Assembly (NCBI GenBank): GCA_046727575.1
Contig: JBKPCV010000045.1
Location: forward strand, 1-61,879
DNA: 61,879 nt
Direction of reading: 5' to 3'
DNA from: Actinomycetota bacterium
Lineage (GTDB): Bacteria; Actinomycetota; Acidimicrobiia; IMCC26256; DASPTH01
Position 1 is the first letter of the stretch, and every line of letters begins with the position of its first letter. Below the pieces are notes generated by a model, which worked only from the letters and a program-made list of their open reading frames with translations, ran no database searches and was not told the DNA's origin. This document shows positions 31,674-43,667 of this stretch, in pieces. The position numbers and the translations under genes are program-made.

Positions 31674-32209
31674 AGGGGAGGTGGGCCCAGGGCCTCGAGC
31701 CTCGTGCGTTCTGTTGGGTCATCAAGGACCGACTCGCAGCATCGGAGCGCCCCGGTGGCTTTGCGCGCAACCACCGCAAGGTGCGCCGCCAGGAGGAGCT
31801 GATCTGGCTCATCGGCCATGGCTTCACGCACTTGTTGTCGGTGCTCGACTCGCCGCACAATCTGCACGCGTACGAAGAGGCGAGCATCCCGTATGCGCAC
31901 GTACCCCTCGGCCGCCACGACGAATGGCCCGAGCGTCTCCCGGTGCTCTACTCGACGCTCGCGTCGTGGCTTGCCGTTCCGCGCGAGCGCGTGTTGATCC
32001 ACCACGAGGAATTCGGCGACCGGCTGCTCGGTGTGCTGGCCGGTTACGTGCTGTACGCGGGTCTCGTATCCGAGGGACCGCACGCGGTCGTCGTGATCGA
32101 GAAGATCACCGGACGGCAACTCGGTGCCACCGCGCGCGAAGTCGTCGCGGTGACCGTCGAGGAAGGGATCGTGGCGGGTTCATCCGACGAGGACCGCGCC
32201 CGGAGCTGA
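31670..32209 (+). CDS. Dual-specificity/tyrosine phosphatase-fold protein with atypical P-loop (HHEEFGDR)
   Basis: FCWVIKDRLAASERP and VLIHHEEFGDRLLGVLAGY parallel DSP motifs FSWV..GRLAG and VHCxxGxGRTGT.LA.Y; ATGA overlap with folP. Confidence 0.7.
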   Translation: MKGRWAQGLEPRAFCWVIKDRLAASERPGGFARNHRKVRRQEELIWLIGHGFTHLLSVLDSPHNLHAYEEASIPYAHVPLGRHDEWPERLPVLYSTLASWLAVPRERVLIHHEEFGDRLLGVLAGYVLYAGLVSEGPHAVVVIEKITGRQLGATAREVVAVTVEEGIVAGSSDEDRARS

Positions 32210-32215
32210 CGCGTG

Positions 32216-32566
32216 ATGGGGACGATCGTCATCGCGGGACTGCGTGAGCTCGGTGTGCACGGCGTGCTCCCGGAGGAGCAGGCGCGGCCCCAGCCGTTCG
32301 AAGTCGACATCGAGCTCACCGTCGATCTCACCGCTGCGGGCGAGAGTGACGCGATCGAGGACACGGTCGACTACTCCGCGGTGTCGGAGGCGGTGAGCCG
32401 GGTGGTGGCGTCGGAGCGATACCACCTGCTCGAGCGACTCGCGACCCGTATCGCAGAGGTCTGCGTCGTGGACGACCGTGTGCGGGCCGTCGCGGTCACG
32501 GTCCGCAAGCTCCGTCCACCGGTACGGGCGATGCTCGACCACGTCGCGGTCCGCATCGAGCGTTGA
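32216..32566 (+). CDS. folB: Dihydroneopterin aldolase
   Basis: HGVLPEE, QPF.VD, DTVDY, LLE.LA, VRK..PP. Confidence 0.94.
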   Translation: MGTIVIAGLRELGVHGVLPEEQARPQPFEVDIELTVDLTAAGESDAIEDTVDYSAVSEAVSRVVASERYHLLERLATRIAEVCVVDDRVRAVAVTVRKLRPPVRAMLDHVAVRIER

Positions 32567-33063
32567 GCCGACCGAGTCCTGCGCCCGACCGGGCGCAGCG
32601 CGCCTTCCTCGGACTCGGCTCGAACGTCGGTGACCGGCTCGGGCACCTGCAGGCGGCGGTGGACCGTCTGTCGTCCACGCCGGAGATCACCGTCGTCGCC
32701 GTCTCACCGGTGTACGAGACGGTGCCGGTCGGCGGCCCGCCGCAGGACGACTACTTGAATGCCGTCGTCGCGCTCGACGTGACACTCACGCCGCGCGAGC
32801 TGTTGGCCGTCGCGCAGTCCTGTGAAGCCGCCGAGGGCCGCGTTCGCGTCGAGCGGTGGGGACCGCGAACGCTCGACGTCGACGTCCTCCTCGTCGGTGA
32901 CGTACACGTCGACGAGCCCGACCTCGTCGTGCCGCATCCTCGCATGACCGAGCGAGCGTTCGTGCTCGTTCCCTTGTCCGACCTCGACCCGAGCTGGTCC
33001 GCAGCAATCGGCTCCGACCGAGCGGGTGTGCGCCCTGCCGGGGTACAGTTAGGACTGCCGTAG
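32563..33063 (+). CDS. folK: 2-amino-4-hydroxy-6-hydroxymethyldihydropteridine diphosphokinase
   Basis: LGLGSNVGD, SPVYET, YLNAV, RWGPRTLDVD, PHPRM.ERAFVL. Confidence 0.95.
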   Translation: MSRPSPAPDRAQRAFLGLGSNVGDRLGHLQAAVDRLSSTPEITVVAVSPVYETVPVGGPPQDDYLNAVVALDVTLTPRELLAVAQSCEAAEGRVRVERWGPRTLDVDVLLVGDVHVDEPDLVVPHPRMTERAFVLVPLSDLDPSWSAAIGSDRAGVRPAGVQLGLP

Positions 33064-33105
33064 TAGTCCGGCACCCCATCAAAGGGGCTGGAACGAAAGG
33101 TCAAC

Positions 33106-33942
33106 GTGCTCGAGCAGACGCAGCGGGCGTTCGCCCTCGTGGGGCCGGGTCGCGCGGGAACCGCACTGGCTCTCGCGATGCAGGCGCGCGGCTGGACCGT
33201 GTCGGCAGTCGCAGGACGCGCGGTCGACGCACCGTCCGTACTGATCTCCGCCGAACGTTTCGGAGCACCAGCGCGCGACGTCGCGCACGCTGGCGTCGGC
33301 GCTGACGTCGTCGTGATCGCGACCTCCGACGCCGCGATCGCAGCGGCGGCCGCCGCAGTTGCGCCCAGCCTCCGCTCGGGCGCGCTCGTGCTGCACCTGT
33401 CGGGCGCTTGCACGCTCGACGAGCTCGCGAAGGTGCGCGTTGCCCGCCCGGACGTCGAGGTCGGATCACTGCACCCGTTGCAGTCGCTGCCGTCGGCCGA
33501 GGTGGGTGTCGCGCGGCTGCCCGGTTCGTGGTGCGCCGTCGACGGGCCACCGGACGTCGAGCGGCTCGCGGTGTCACTCGGGATGCGGCCGTTCCGCGTG
33601 GAGGATGCTGACCGGATCATCTACCACGCAGCGGCGACCGTGGCGTCGAACCATCTGGTGGCACTGCTGGCTCAAGCCTCGCGGATCGCCGAACACGCGG
33701 GCGTGCCGGCGGCCGCGTTGTTGCCGCTCGTCCGGGCAACGGTGGACAACGTCGAGGCGCTCGGTTCCGAGGCCGCACTCACCGGTCCCGTCGCTCGCGG
33801 CGACAGCGACACCGTGGGCCGCCACCTCGAGGCGCTGCCGCCCGACGAGCGCGTCGCGTACCGCGCGCTCGGCGACCAGGCGCGGCGGGTCGCGGGACGA
33901 GACGATGCAGCGTTGCGCGACCTGCTCGAAGGTGATCCGTGA
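33106..33942 (+). CDS. panG: Rossmann-like/DUF2520 protein, probable PanG-type ketopantoate reductase
   Basis: VGPGRAG, HLSGA, LHPLQS, YHAAA..ASNH, LTGPVARGD; directly upstream of panC. Confidence 0.75.
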   Translation: MLEQTQRAFALVGPGRAGTALALAMQARGWTVSAVAGRAVDAPSVLISAERFGAPARDVAHAGVGADVVVIATSDAAIAAAAAAVAPSLRSGALVLHLSGACTLDELAKVRVARPDVEVGSLHPLQSLPSAEVGVARLPGSWCAVDGPPDVERLAVSLGMRPFRVEDADRIIYHAAATVASNHLVALLAQASRIAEHAGVPAAALLPLVRATVDNVEALGSEAALTGPVARGDSDTVGRHLEALPPDERVAYRALGDQARRVAGRDDAALRDLLEGDP

Positions 33943-34844
33943 TCACGATCAGCACCGGCGCGGAAGTGCGCGCGGTGTGCGACGAGACACGCGCCCGCGG
34001 AGGCACCGTCGGTCTCGTGCCAACGATGGGCTCCTTCCACGAGGGTCACCGGTCGTTGATGCGCGCGGCGCGGGCCACGCACGACCTTGTGGTCGTCAGC
34101 CTGTTCGTCAATCCGAAGCAGTTCGGTCCGGCCGAAGACCTCGACGCATACCCGCGTGATCTCGACGCCGACACGGCAATCGCCATCACCGAAGGCGTCG
34201 ACGTCCTCTTCACGCCCGAGGTCGCCGAGATGTACCCCGACGGCGCGCGCACGACCGTCCACGTCGCCGAGCTCACCGAGGGACTGTGCGGGGCGCGCCG
34301 ACCGGGCCACTTCGACGGCGTGACCACTATCGTGGCGAAGCTCTTCGCGATCGTCGGACCGTGCACCGCGTACTTCGGACGCAAGGACGCACAGCAACTC
34401 GCGGTGATCCGGCGCATGACGCTCGACCTGAACCTTCCGGTCGAGGTAGTCGGCTGTCCGTTGGTGCGCGAGCCCGACGGCTTGGCGATGTCGAGTCGCA
34501 ATACGTACCTGTCGCCGGACGAACGGGCGCGCGCGACCGTGCTCGTCCGAGCCCTTCGTACTGCCGCCGATGCGGTGCTCTCGGGTGAGCGGGACGCGGA
34601 CGCGCTCCGAGCGCTGCTCAGGGCGACGTTCGCAACCGAACCGTCCGTGCGGGTCGACTACGCGGAGGTGGTCGACGTCGCGACTATCCGACCAATCGCA
34701 CGGATCGAGGGCGACGCCTTGATCGCCGTAGCCGCGTTCGTCGCCAACACTCGACTGATCGACAATGTGACAATCTCGTTCGACGGCTTCCGAGCGGTCG
34801 TCGATGGCGGGGTTCTGGCTGCCGGTTCCTCGGAGGAGCACTGA
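33939..34844 (+). CDS. panC: Pantoate-beta-alanine ligase
   Basis: [46 protein letters not shown]. Confidence 0.96.
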   Translation: MITISTGAEVRAVCDETRARGGTVGLVPTMGSFHEGHRSLMRAARATHDLVVVSLFVNPKQFGPAEDLDAYPRDLDADTAIAITEGVDVLFTPEVAEMYPDGARTTVHVAELTEGLCGARRPGHFDGVTTIVAKLFAIVGPCTAYFGRKDAQQLAVIRRMTLDLNLPVEVVGCPLVREPDGLAMSSRNTYLSPDERARATVLVRALRTAADAVLSGERDADALRALLRATFATEPSVRVDYAEVVDVATIRPIARIEGDALIAVAAFVANTRLIDNVTISFDGFRAVVDGGVLAAGSSEEH

Positions 34845-35221
34845 TGTACCGGATCATGATGAAGTCGAAGATCCACCGTGCGACCGTCACCGGTGCTGAC
34901 CTCAACTACGTCGGTTCCATCACACTCGACCCGCGGTTGATGGAACTCGCCGATCTCATGGAACACGAGCAGGTGCACGTGCTCGACATCGACAACGGGG
35001 CGAGGTTCGAGACGTATGTCATCCGCGGTGGTCCCGGCGATGTCGTCATCAACGGTGCAGCCGCGAGACTGGTGCACACCGGCGACAAGATCATCGTGAT
35101 CAGCTACGCGCAGTACGACGAAGCCGAACTCGAGGTCTACGAGCCGCTGGTCGTACATGTCGACGAAAACAATCGACCGACCGTCCAGTCGGTCGCCCGA
35201 CCGCGCGGCGTCGCGCCGTGA
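34844..35221 (+). CDS. panD: Aspartate 1-decarboxylase
   Basis: [13 protein letters not shown]|SIT autocleavage site, [13 protein letters not shown]. Confidence 0.96.
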   Translation: MYRIMMKSKIHRATVTGADLNYVGSITLDPRLMELADLMEHEQVHVLDIDNGARFETYVIRGGPGDVVINGAAARLVHTGDKIIVISYAQYDEAELEVYEPLVVHVDENNRPTVQSVARPRGVAP

Positions 35222-35255
35222 TCAGGCGTCGCCGCACCGAGTTCCACCGCAGCTC

Positions 35256-36821
35256 ATGATCGACGTGCTCGTGCTCGGAAGTGGCGGAGCGGGGCTGTCG
35301 GTCGCGGTCCGGGCTCGTGACGCCGGATTGTCGGTCGTGGTGCTCACGAAGGGCGAGCTGGCGTGGTCGGCGACGCGCTACGCGCAGGGCGGAGTGGCGG
35401 CCGCGCTCGTCGACGACGACGACTCACCTGAGCTCCACGGGTCCGACACGCTCGCAGCGGGCGGAGGTCTGAACGATCCGGACGCGGTGCGAGTGCTCGC
35501 CGCCGAAGGCCCAGCGCGTGTGCGCGAGCTCATGCGGCTTGGCGCGCGGTTCGACAACATCGACGGCGCGCTCGCGTTGGCGCGAGAAGGCGGCCATTCC
35601 GTCCCGCGCGTCGTCCACGCGGGCGGCGACGCAACCGGCGCCGAGATCGAGCGCGCGCTCGCGGTCGCCGTGCAGTCCTCCGGCGCGACGGTGCGCGAAG
35701 GGTGGTTGGTCACCGACCTCATCGTCGACGACGATCGCGTCGCCGGCGTGGCCGCGCTCGACCCGCAGCGCACACAACACGAGTTGCGCGCGCGGCACGT
35801 CGTCATAGCCACGGGAGGCGCCGGGCAGTGCTTCGCTGTCACCACCAACCCACCGCTGTCCACCGGTGACGGCGTGGCGATGGCGTTGCGCGCCGGCGTC
35901 GCGGTTGCGGACATCGAGTTCATGCAGTTCCATCCGACCGCGCTTCACCACCCGTCTATGCCGCGTCCCCTGCTCTCGGAAGCGCTCCGCGGAGAGGGTG
36001 CGATCTTGCGAGACGACCACGGCCACGCGTTCATGGCTGCCGAACACGCGCTCGCGGACCTCGCACCGCGCGATGTCGTCGCTCGCGCCATCAGTCGTCG
36101 GCTCAACGAAGGTGGGCTCGATCATTTGTGGCTCGACGCCACCGGAATCGAAGGCTTCTCGTCGCGGTTCCCGACAATCTGGCGCGCGTGTCATGCGGTC
36201 GGGCTCGATCCGGGTCGTGATTGGCTCCCGGTCGCACCCGCAGCGCATTACCTGTGCGGCGGCGTGTGCACAGACCTCGACGGCGCCACGACGCTGCCCG
36301 GTCTCTGGGCGTGTGGCGAGGTGGCGTGCACGGGTGTGCACGGCGCGAACCGCCTCGCTTCGAACTCACTGCTCGAAAACCTCGTGTTCGCTGCTCGTGT
36401 CGTGGACGCGATCGTCCGGGGCAAGGACGCACCGGAGCGCACTGGAGTGCTCCATAGCATCGGGGTCGAGCACCCGAGACCACCGCGACCGGCGACGCAC
36501 GATCCTGACGGCCCATCCGTTCGCGACGAGCTCCAGCGGGTCATGACACGCGAGGCCGGCGTGCTCCGCAGCGCGGACACACTCACCCGAGCCGCGGCCG
36601 CGCTGGCGTCGATGGTGCCCTCGAGCGTCGAAGAGGCCAACTTGCTCGCGGTGAGCACGGCGCTCGTCCAGGCGGCGTCGGCGCGTCGCGAGTCCCGCGG
36701 CACGCACACTCGCGCCGATCACCTGGAAACGTTGCCGGAGTATCTCGGCCGCTTCGTGTTCTCAGGCCAACACCACCCGACGTTCGTACCGCTGTTTGCC
36801 ACCGCGGAGCGCACGGCATGA
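35256..36821 (+). CDS. nadB: L-aspartate oxidase
   Basis: GSGGAG, AQGGVAA, EGGHS..R, QFHPT, SEALRGEG, HGANRLASNSL, ESRG.H. Confidence 0.93.
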   Translation: MIDVLVLGSGGAGLSVAVRARDAGLSVVVLTKGELAWSATRYAQGGVAAALVDDDDSPELHGSDTLAAGGGLNDPDAVRVLAAEGPARVRELMRLGARFDNIDGALALAREGGHSVPRVVHAGGDATGAEIERALAVAVQSSGATVREGWLVTDLIVDDDRVAGVAALDPQRTQHELRARHVVIATGGAGQCFAVTTNPPLSTGDGVAMALRAGVAVADIEFMQFHPTALHHPSMPRPLLSEALRGEGAILRDDHGHAFMAAEHALADLAPRDVVARAISRRLNEGGLDHLWLDATGIEGFSSRFPTIWRACHAVGLDPGRDWLPVAPAAHYLCGGVCTDLDGATTLPGLWACGEVACTGVHGANRLASNSLLENLVFAARVVDAIVRGKDAPERTGVLHSIGVEHPRPPRPATHDPDGPSVRDELQRVMTREAGVLRSADTLTRAAAALASMVPSSVEEANLLAVSTALVQAASARRESRGTHTRADHLETLPEYLGRFVFSGQHHPTFVPLFATAERTA

Positions 36822-37672
36822 GCCTCGGGGGTGTCACTCCCGAGGTCGTGCGCGCCGCCGTCGCACGGGCCGTCGCCGAAGACGTCGGGCCGCTCGGTGA
36901 CCTCACCGCCGCTGTGGTTCCCGCCGACGCCCGAGCGGTCGCCGACGTCGTCGCGCGAATCGAAGGAGTGATCGCGGGCACCGATTGCGCGTCCGAAGTG
37001 TTCGCTCAGCTCGACGCACGCGTCGATGTCGACTGGTTGGTCGACGATGGCGCGCTCGTGGGTACCGGAGCCAAGATCGGCTCGGTCACGGGGCCGCTGC
37101 GCTCCGTGCTCACCGGAGAGCGAGTGGCGCTCAACTTTCTCTGTCACCTGTCGGGTGTCGCGACCGCGACCCACCAGTTCGTGCTCGCGGCGGGCAACCG
37201 CGTCCGGATCCTCGACACGCGCAAGACCCTCCCCGGGCTGCGCGCGCTCGAGAAGGCGGCGGTGCGTGCGGGTGGCGGCGTCAACCACCGGGGGTCGCTG
37301 TCGGACTTCGTGCTGTTGAAGGACAACCATCTCGCGAACGTGGCGATCGCCGAAGCAGTGCGCCGGGCGCACAGCTTGTGGCCCGGACGCGCGGTGGAGG
37401 TCGAGTGTGACCGCATCGGTCAGGTCGAGGAAGCGGTCGACGCGGGCGCGAGCATGCTGCTCCTCGACAACATGACGCCCGAGGCAGTACGCGAGTGTGT
37501 CGAGCTCGTGCGTCGGAAGACGCGCGGTGTGTTCGTCGAGGTGTCGGGAGGCGTCACCCTCGACACCGTGCGGGCATATGCCGACGCCGGTGCAGACGCG
37601 ATCTCGACGAGCGCCATCACGCAGTCGGCGCCCGCGCTCGACATCGGGTTCGACATCGCGACGGAGGTGTAG
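36818..37672 (+). CDS. nadC: Nicotinate-nucleotide pyrophosphorylase
   Basis: GDLT, ER.ALN, DTRKTLPG, NHR, LKDNH, LLLDN, EVSGG. Confidence 0.96.
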   Translation: MSLGGVTPEVVRAAVARAVAEDVGPLGDLTAAVVPADARAVADVVARIEGVIAGTDCASEVFAQLDARVDVDWLVDDGALVGTGAKIGSVTGPLRSVLTGERVALNFLCHLSGVATATHQFVLAAGNRVRILDTRKTLPGLRALEKAAVRAGGGVNHRGSLSDFVLLKDNHLANVAIAEAVRRAHSLWPGRAVEVECDRIGQVEEAVDAGASMLLLDNMTPEAVRECVELVRRKTRGVFVEVSGGVTLDTVRAYADAGADAISTSAITQSAPALDIGFDIATEV

Positions 37673-37674
37673 CC

Positions 37675-38436
37675 GTGCTCGTCGCCATCGACTGCGGGAA
37701 CACGCAGACCGTGATCGGTCTGTTCGCCGACCATGCACTGATCGACAACTGGCGCATCGCGACCATCTCGGAGCGCACGTCCGACGAGCTCGCCCTGATG
37801 TTCCAACAGTTCCTCGCGTTCCACGGCACCGGCGACCAGCCCGTCACCGGGATGGTGATCGGCTCGGGTGTCCCCCGGATGACCGTCGCCCTGCGCGAGA
37901 TGAGCGAGCGGTACTTCGGGTTCCCCGCCCTCGTGCTCGAAGCAGGCGTGCGCACGGGGATGCCCATCCTCTACGACGAACCGCGCAACGTCGGCGCCGA
38001 CCGCATTGCAAACGCCATCGGTGCGTACGACCTTTACGGCGGGCCGACGGTCATCGTCGACTTCGGCACCGCGAACACCGTCGACGCCGTGAGCGAGAAG
38101 GGCGAGTACCTCGGCGGCGCGATCTTCCCCGGTATCGAGATCTCTTTGGATGCCCTGTTCGCGCGAGCGGCGATGCTGCGCAGAGTCGAGTTGGTTCCAC
38201 CGAAGAACGTCATCGGCAAGTCGACGATCGAGGCGATCCAGACAGGCGCGGTGTACGGATACACCGGTCAGGTCGACGGTCTCGTCGACCGCTTCCAGGG
38301 CGAGCTGGGACCGTGCACGGTGGTCGCCACGGGTGGGCTCGCCGAGCTCATCATGCCGCACTCCCTGACGATCCAGCACTACGAGCCCTGGCTCACACTG
38401 CAAGGGCTCCGCATCGTGTACGAACGCAACACCTAG
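37675..38436 (+). CDS. coaX: Type III pantothenate kinase
   Basis: IDCGNT, VGADR, VDFGTA, GGAI.PG, ATGG. Confidence 0.95.
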   Translation: MLVAIDCGNTQTVIGLFADHALIDNWRIATISERTSDELALMFQQFLAFHGTGDQPVTGMVIGSGVPRMTVALREMSERYFGFPALVLEAGVRTGMPILYDEPRNVGADRIANAIGAYDLYGGPTVIVDFGTANTVDAVSEKGEYLGGAIFPGIEISLDALFARAAMLRRVELVPPKNVIGKSTIEAIQTGAVYGYTGQVDGLVDRFQGELGPCTVVATGGLAELIMPHSLTIQHYEPWLTLQGLRIVYERNT

Positions 38437-38512
38437 ATCGCCGCCGTCGACCGACCTGACGAGCGACCGGCGTCTCAACCGGGCGAAAAGTTCACCGTTA
38501 CAGTGACCGCCC

Positions 38513-39634
38513 GTGAGCGTCCGGGAAGTCGGGAATCGCTGGTCGCTCGCGCTCCGAGACTCGCTCCCTGCCTGGATCCTCGCCCGGCTCATCGTCTTCG
38601 CCAGTCTCGGCGCGGCGCGGTTCGTCGTCGACGAGTTTCCGCGTAGCTCCCTCGCACGCGGCGCGCAGGTGACGCTGGTCGGCTGGGACGCGGGCTTCTA
38701 CGACCTGATCGCTCGGGCCGGCTACGCCGCGCAGCCGGAGTCGTACCGGTTCTTCCCGCTCTTTCCGCTCGCTACCCGTGTGCTCGACGTCGTGATCCCG
38801 GGGTCGACCCGGGTCTCGCTCGTCCTCCTGGCCAATGTCTGTTCGCTGGCCTTCGTCGTGCTGCTGCACGTGTTGGTGCAACGCGAGACCGACGACATCG
38901 CGACGGCGCGCCGGGCCGCGTGGTTCGGCTGCATCGCGCCGGCCGCGTTCGTGATGGTGTGGGGATACGCCGAGCCTCTGTTCTTGCTGCTGGCCGTCGC
39001 CACGTTCTTGATGCTGCGGACGGAGCGCTTCGCGGCGGCGGCCGCGTTCGCCGCGCTCGCGGCGCTCACGCGTCCGCTCGGGATGGTGATCGCCATCCCT
39101 GCCGCGGTCGAGGCGTGGCGCGGGTTCGGGGCCGCGACTCCCCGGGGACGGGCCGAACGCGCCCTGGCGGTGGTCGGTGCTCCGGCCGGGGCGCTCGTCT
39201 ACTTGTTGTGGGTGCAAGGCCGCACCGGCGATCTCCTCGAGCCGTACCGCATCCAGGCGCGCGCCGTGCACCGTGGGAGCACCGTCGACCCGTTCACCGG
39301 CGTGGCGCACGCGCTCAGGGAGTACTTCGACCACGATCGCATCGGCCCACTGCTGCACGTGGGGTGGGCGGTCGTCGCAGTGGCGCTCGTGGTCGTTGCG
39401 TTCCAGCGGCTGCCCGTGTCGTACGGGTTGTTCGCCGCCGCGACCGTCGTGATTGCGCTCTCCTCCGAGAACCTCGACTCGTTCGAGCGGTACGCGTTCA
39501 GCGCATTCCCGCTTCTCATCGCGGCCGCGATCATCGTGCGCTCACCGCGTCTCGAGACGCTCGTCTTCACGGCGATGGGAGCCGCGATGTGCCTGTACGG
39601 CACGGTTGCAGCACTTGGCGTCTACGTCCCCTAG
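38513..39634 (+). CDS. GT-C membrane mannosyltransferase (PIG-V/GT76-like)
   Basis: WDAGFY..IA..GY, FFPLFP, YAEPLF, LTRP.G, FERY. Confidence 0.82.
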   Translation: MSVREVGNRWSLALRDSLPAWILARLIVFASLGAARFVVDEFPRSSLARGAQVTLVGWDAGFYDLIARAGYAAQPESYRFFPLFPLATRVLDVVIPGSTRVSLVLLANVCSLAFVVLLHVLVQRETDDIATARRAAWFGCIAPAAFVMVWGYAEPLFLLLAVATFLMLRTERFAAAAAFAALAALTRPLGMVIAIPAAVEAWRGFGAATPRGRAERALAVVGAPAGALVYLLWVQGRTGDLLEPYRIQARAVHRGSTVDPFTGVAHALREYFDHDRIGPLLHVGWAVVAVALVVVAFQRLPVSYGLFAAATVVIALSSENLDSFERYAFSAFPLLIAAAIIVRSPRLETLVFTAMGAAMCLYGTVAALGVYVP

Positions 39635-39656
39635 CGCGGCTCGACGCGAGATTCAC

Positions 39657-39724
39657 TGGCGCGATGACCGCGCATAGTCACGTGTGCGCGCCACCGAACC
39701 GTGAACGCGGTGCCGCGCGTTCGC
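39657..39724. terminator. Paired hairpins between convergent genes; probable bidirectional terminator
   Basis: TGGCGCG/CGCGCCA (39657-39693) and GTGAACGCG/CGCGTTCGC (39701-39724). Confidence 0.5.
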
Positions 39725-39728
39725 GCGG

Positions 39729-40724
39729 TTACCGGTTGCGGGTGACCAGGCCGTCGACGAACCGGCACAGCTCCTCGCACACGCCGGGATCGAGTTGCTG
39801 GGCGCCGTCGAGCGCGTCGCTCGCCTTCACGGCATGGTCGCGTGCCACTCCGAGCGCGGCGTCGACCGATCCGTTGCTCGTCGCGGTCGCCCGCACGTGG
39901 GCGAGATGCTCGTGGTCGATCGGCTGCCGCAGCATCTCGCGCAGCTCCGGTGACTCGCGCAGCGCGTAGATCACCGGCAGCGTGTAGACCCCCTCGAGGA
40001 GGTCTTGCCCGGCGGGCTTCCCGAGCTCCGCCTCGCTCGCGGTGAGGTCGAGCACGTCGTCGACGATCTGGAAGCACATGCCGAGGTGTCGACCAAACCG
40101 AGTGAGGGCGTCGAGCGTCGGGTCGGGCACGGCAGCAACCATGCCGCCGATTCGACACGACGTCGCGAACAAGGCGGCGGTCTTTCCTTCGATCGTCGAC
40201 TCGTAGCCCTCCTCGCCGCGCGCGACGTCGAAGAGGTGCTGCAGCTCGAGCACCTGGCCACGGCAGAGCTCGCCGATCGTCGCCGCCAGCAGTCCCGCGA
40301 CGTCGGCTCCGAGCGACGCGGCGAGTGACGATGCGCGTGCGAGCAGGTAGTCGCCGGCGAGGATCGCCACGATGTTGCTCCACCGCGCGTTGACGCTCGG
40401 CACGCCGCGGCGGGTCTCGGCCTCGTCGATGACGTCGTCGTGGTAGAGCGACCCGAGGTGCACGAGCTCGACGGCGACCGCCCCGGTGACGGCGGCGTCG
40501 CTCGCCCGGCTGGGGGAGCTGCTCGCGTAGACCGCGCAGAGGGCGAGGGTTGGGCGGATTCGCTTGCCGCCGGCGCCGATGAGGTGCACCGCGACGTCGG
40601 CGAGGAAGGGATCCGAGGTGCGGACCGACTCGGCGAGCGCCTGCTCGACCCGGGCGAGATCCTCGGCGAGCGGGGCCAATTCCACGGCTGCGGAGGAACG
40701 CGTGGCCTCGTCCGGCCCGGTCAT
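39729..40724 (-). CDS. Polyprenyl diphosphate synthase
   Basis: GGKRIRP, HDDVID..RRG, AGD.L, GKTA, FQIVDD.LD, GKPAG.DL.EG. Confidence 0.93.
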   Translation of the reverse strand: MTGPDEATRSSAAVELAPLAEDLARVEQALAESVRTSDPFLADVAVHLIGAGGKRIRPTLALCAVYASSSPSRASDAAVTGAVAVELVHLGSLYHDDVIDEAETRRGVPSVNARWSNIVAILAGDYLLARASSLAASLGADVAGLLAATIGELCRGQVLELQHLFDVARGEEGYESTIEGKTAALFATSCRIGGMVAAVPDPTLDALTRFGRHLGMCFQIVDDVLDLTASEAELGKPAGQDLLEGVYTLPVIYALRESPELREMLRQPIDHEHLAHVRATATSNGSVDAALGVARDHAVKASDALDGAQQLDPGVCEELCRFVDGLVTRNR

Positions 40725-40747
40725 GGACGCAACCGTACGCAGGAGCG

Positions 40748-40774
40748 GGAACATTCTCCAACCCGCCGACGCTG
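40748..40774 (+). promoter_or_regulatory. Candidate SigR/SigH-type promoter of clpC
   Basis: GGAAC-N18-GCTG versus consensus GGAAY-N18-GTT; separate TACACT -10 at 40831-40836. Confidence 0.5.
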
Positions 40775-40913
40775 TATCTGAGGTATCGACGGAGCGGCTG
40801 CTCCGTCGAGATCGTTGTCGCACAGCCGATTACACTGAAAGCAATGGCCTTCCGGTCGGTCTGCGAGCCGCACCCGGGACGCCACTCCTACTGACGAGAG
40901 GCGGATTCCAACC

Positions 40914-43406
<2,493 letters not shown>

Positions 43407-43411
43407 TAATT

Positions 43412-43655
43412 CGTCGCTCGCTGCTCGGCGGGATACCCGCCTCGCGGCCGCTCGCTCCTGATCATGCGTCGCTCGCTGCTCGGCGGGATACCCGCCTGGC
43501 GGCCGCTCGCTCCTGGCGAGCTCCTCGCTCGCCTTCGGCTCCTCGTCGCCGCGTGCGCCGGACCTGCCGCGTGCGCCGGACTTGCACGCGGCTTCGGCTC
43601 GCTGCGGCGCAGAATACCTGTGCCGCGTGCGCCAGACGCTGGCTGCACTCGCTAG
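43412..43655 (+). repeat. Structured interspersed repeat, copy B, with internal duplications
   Basis: 49-bp unit at 43412-43460 and 43467-43515 (one mismatch); 16-mer GCCGCGTGCGCC(G/A)GAC at 43548, 43566 and 43622. Confidence 0.85.
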
Positions 43656-43667
43656 CGTCAGCCCTCT

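Noticed and set aside
43412-43655. CRISPR array
   Set aside because: Only two 49-bp units separated by 6 bp, no unique spacers and no cas genes
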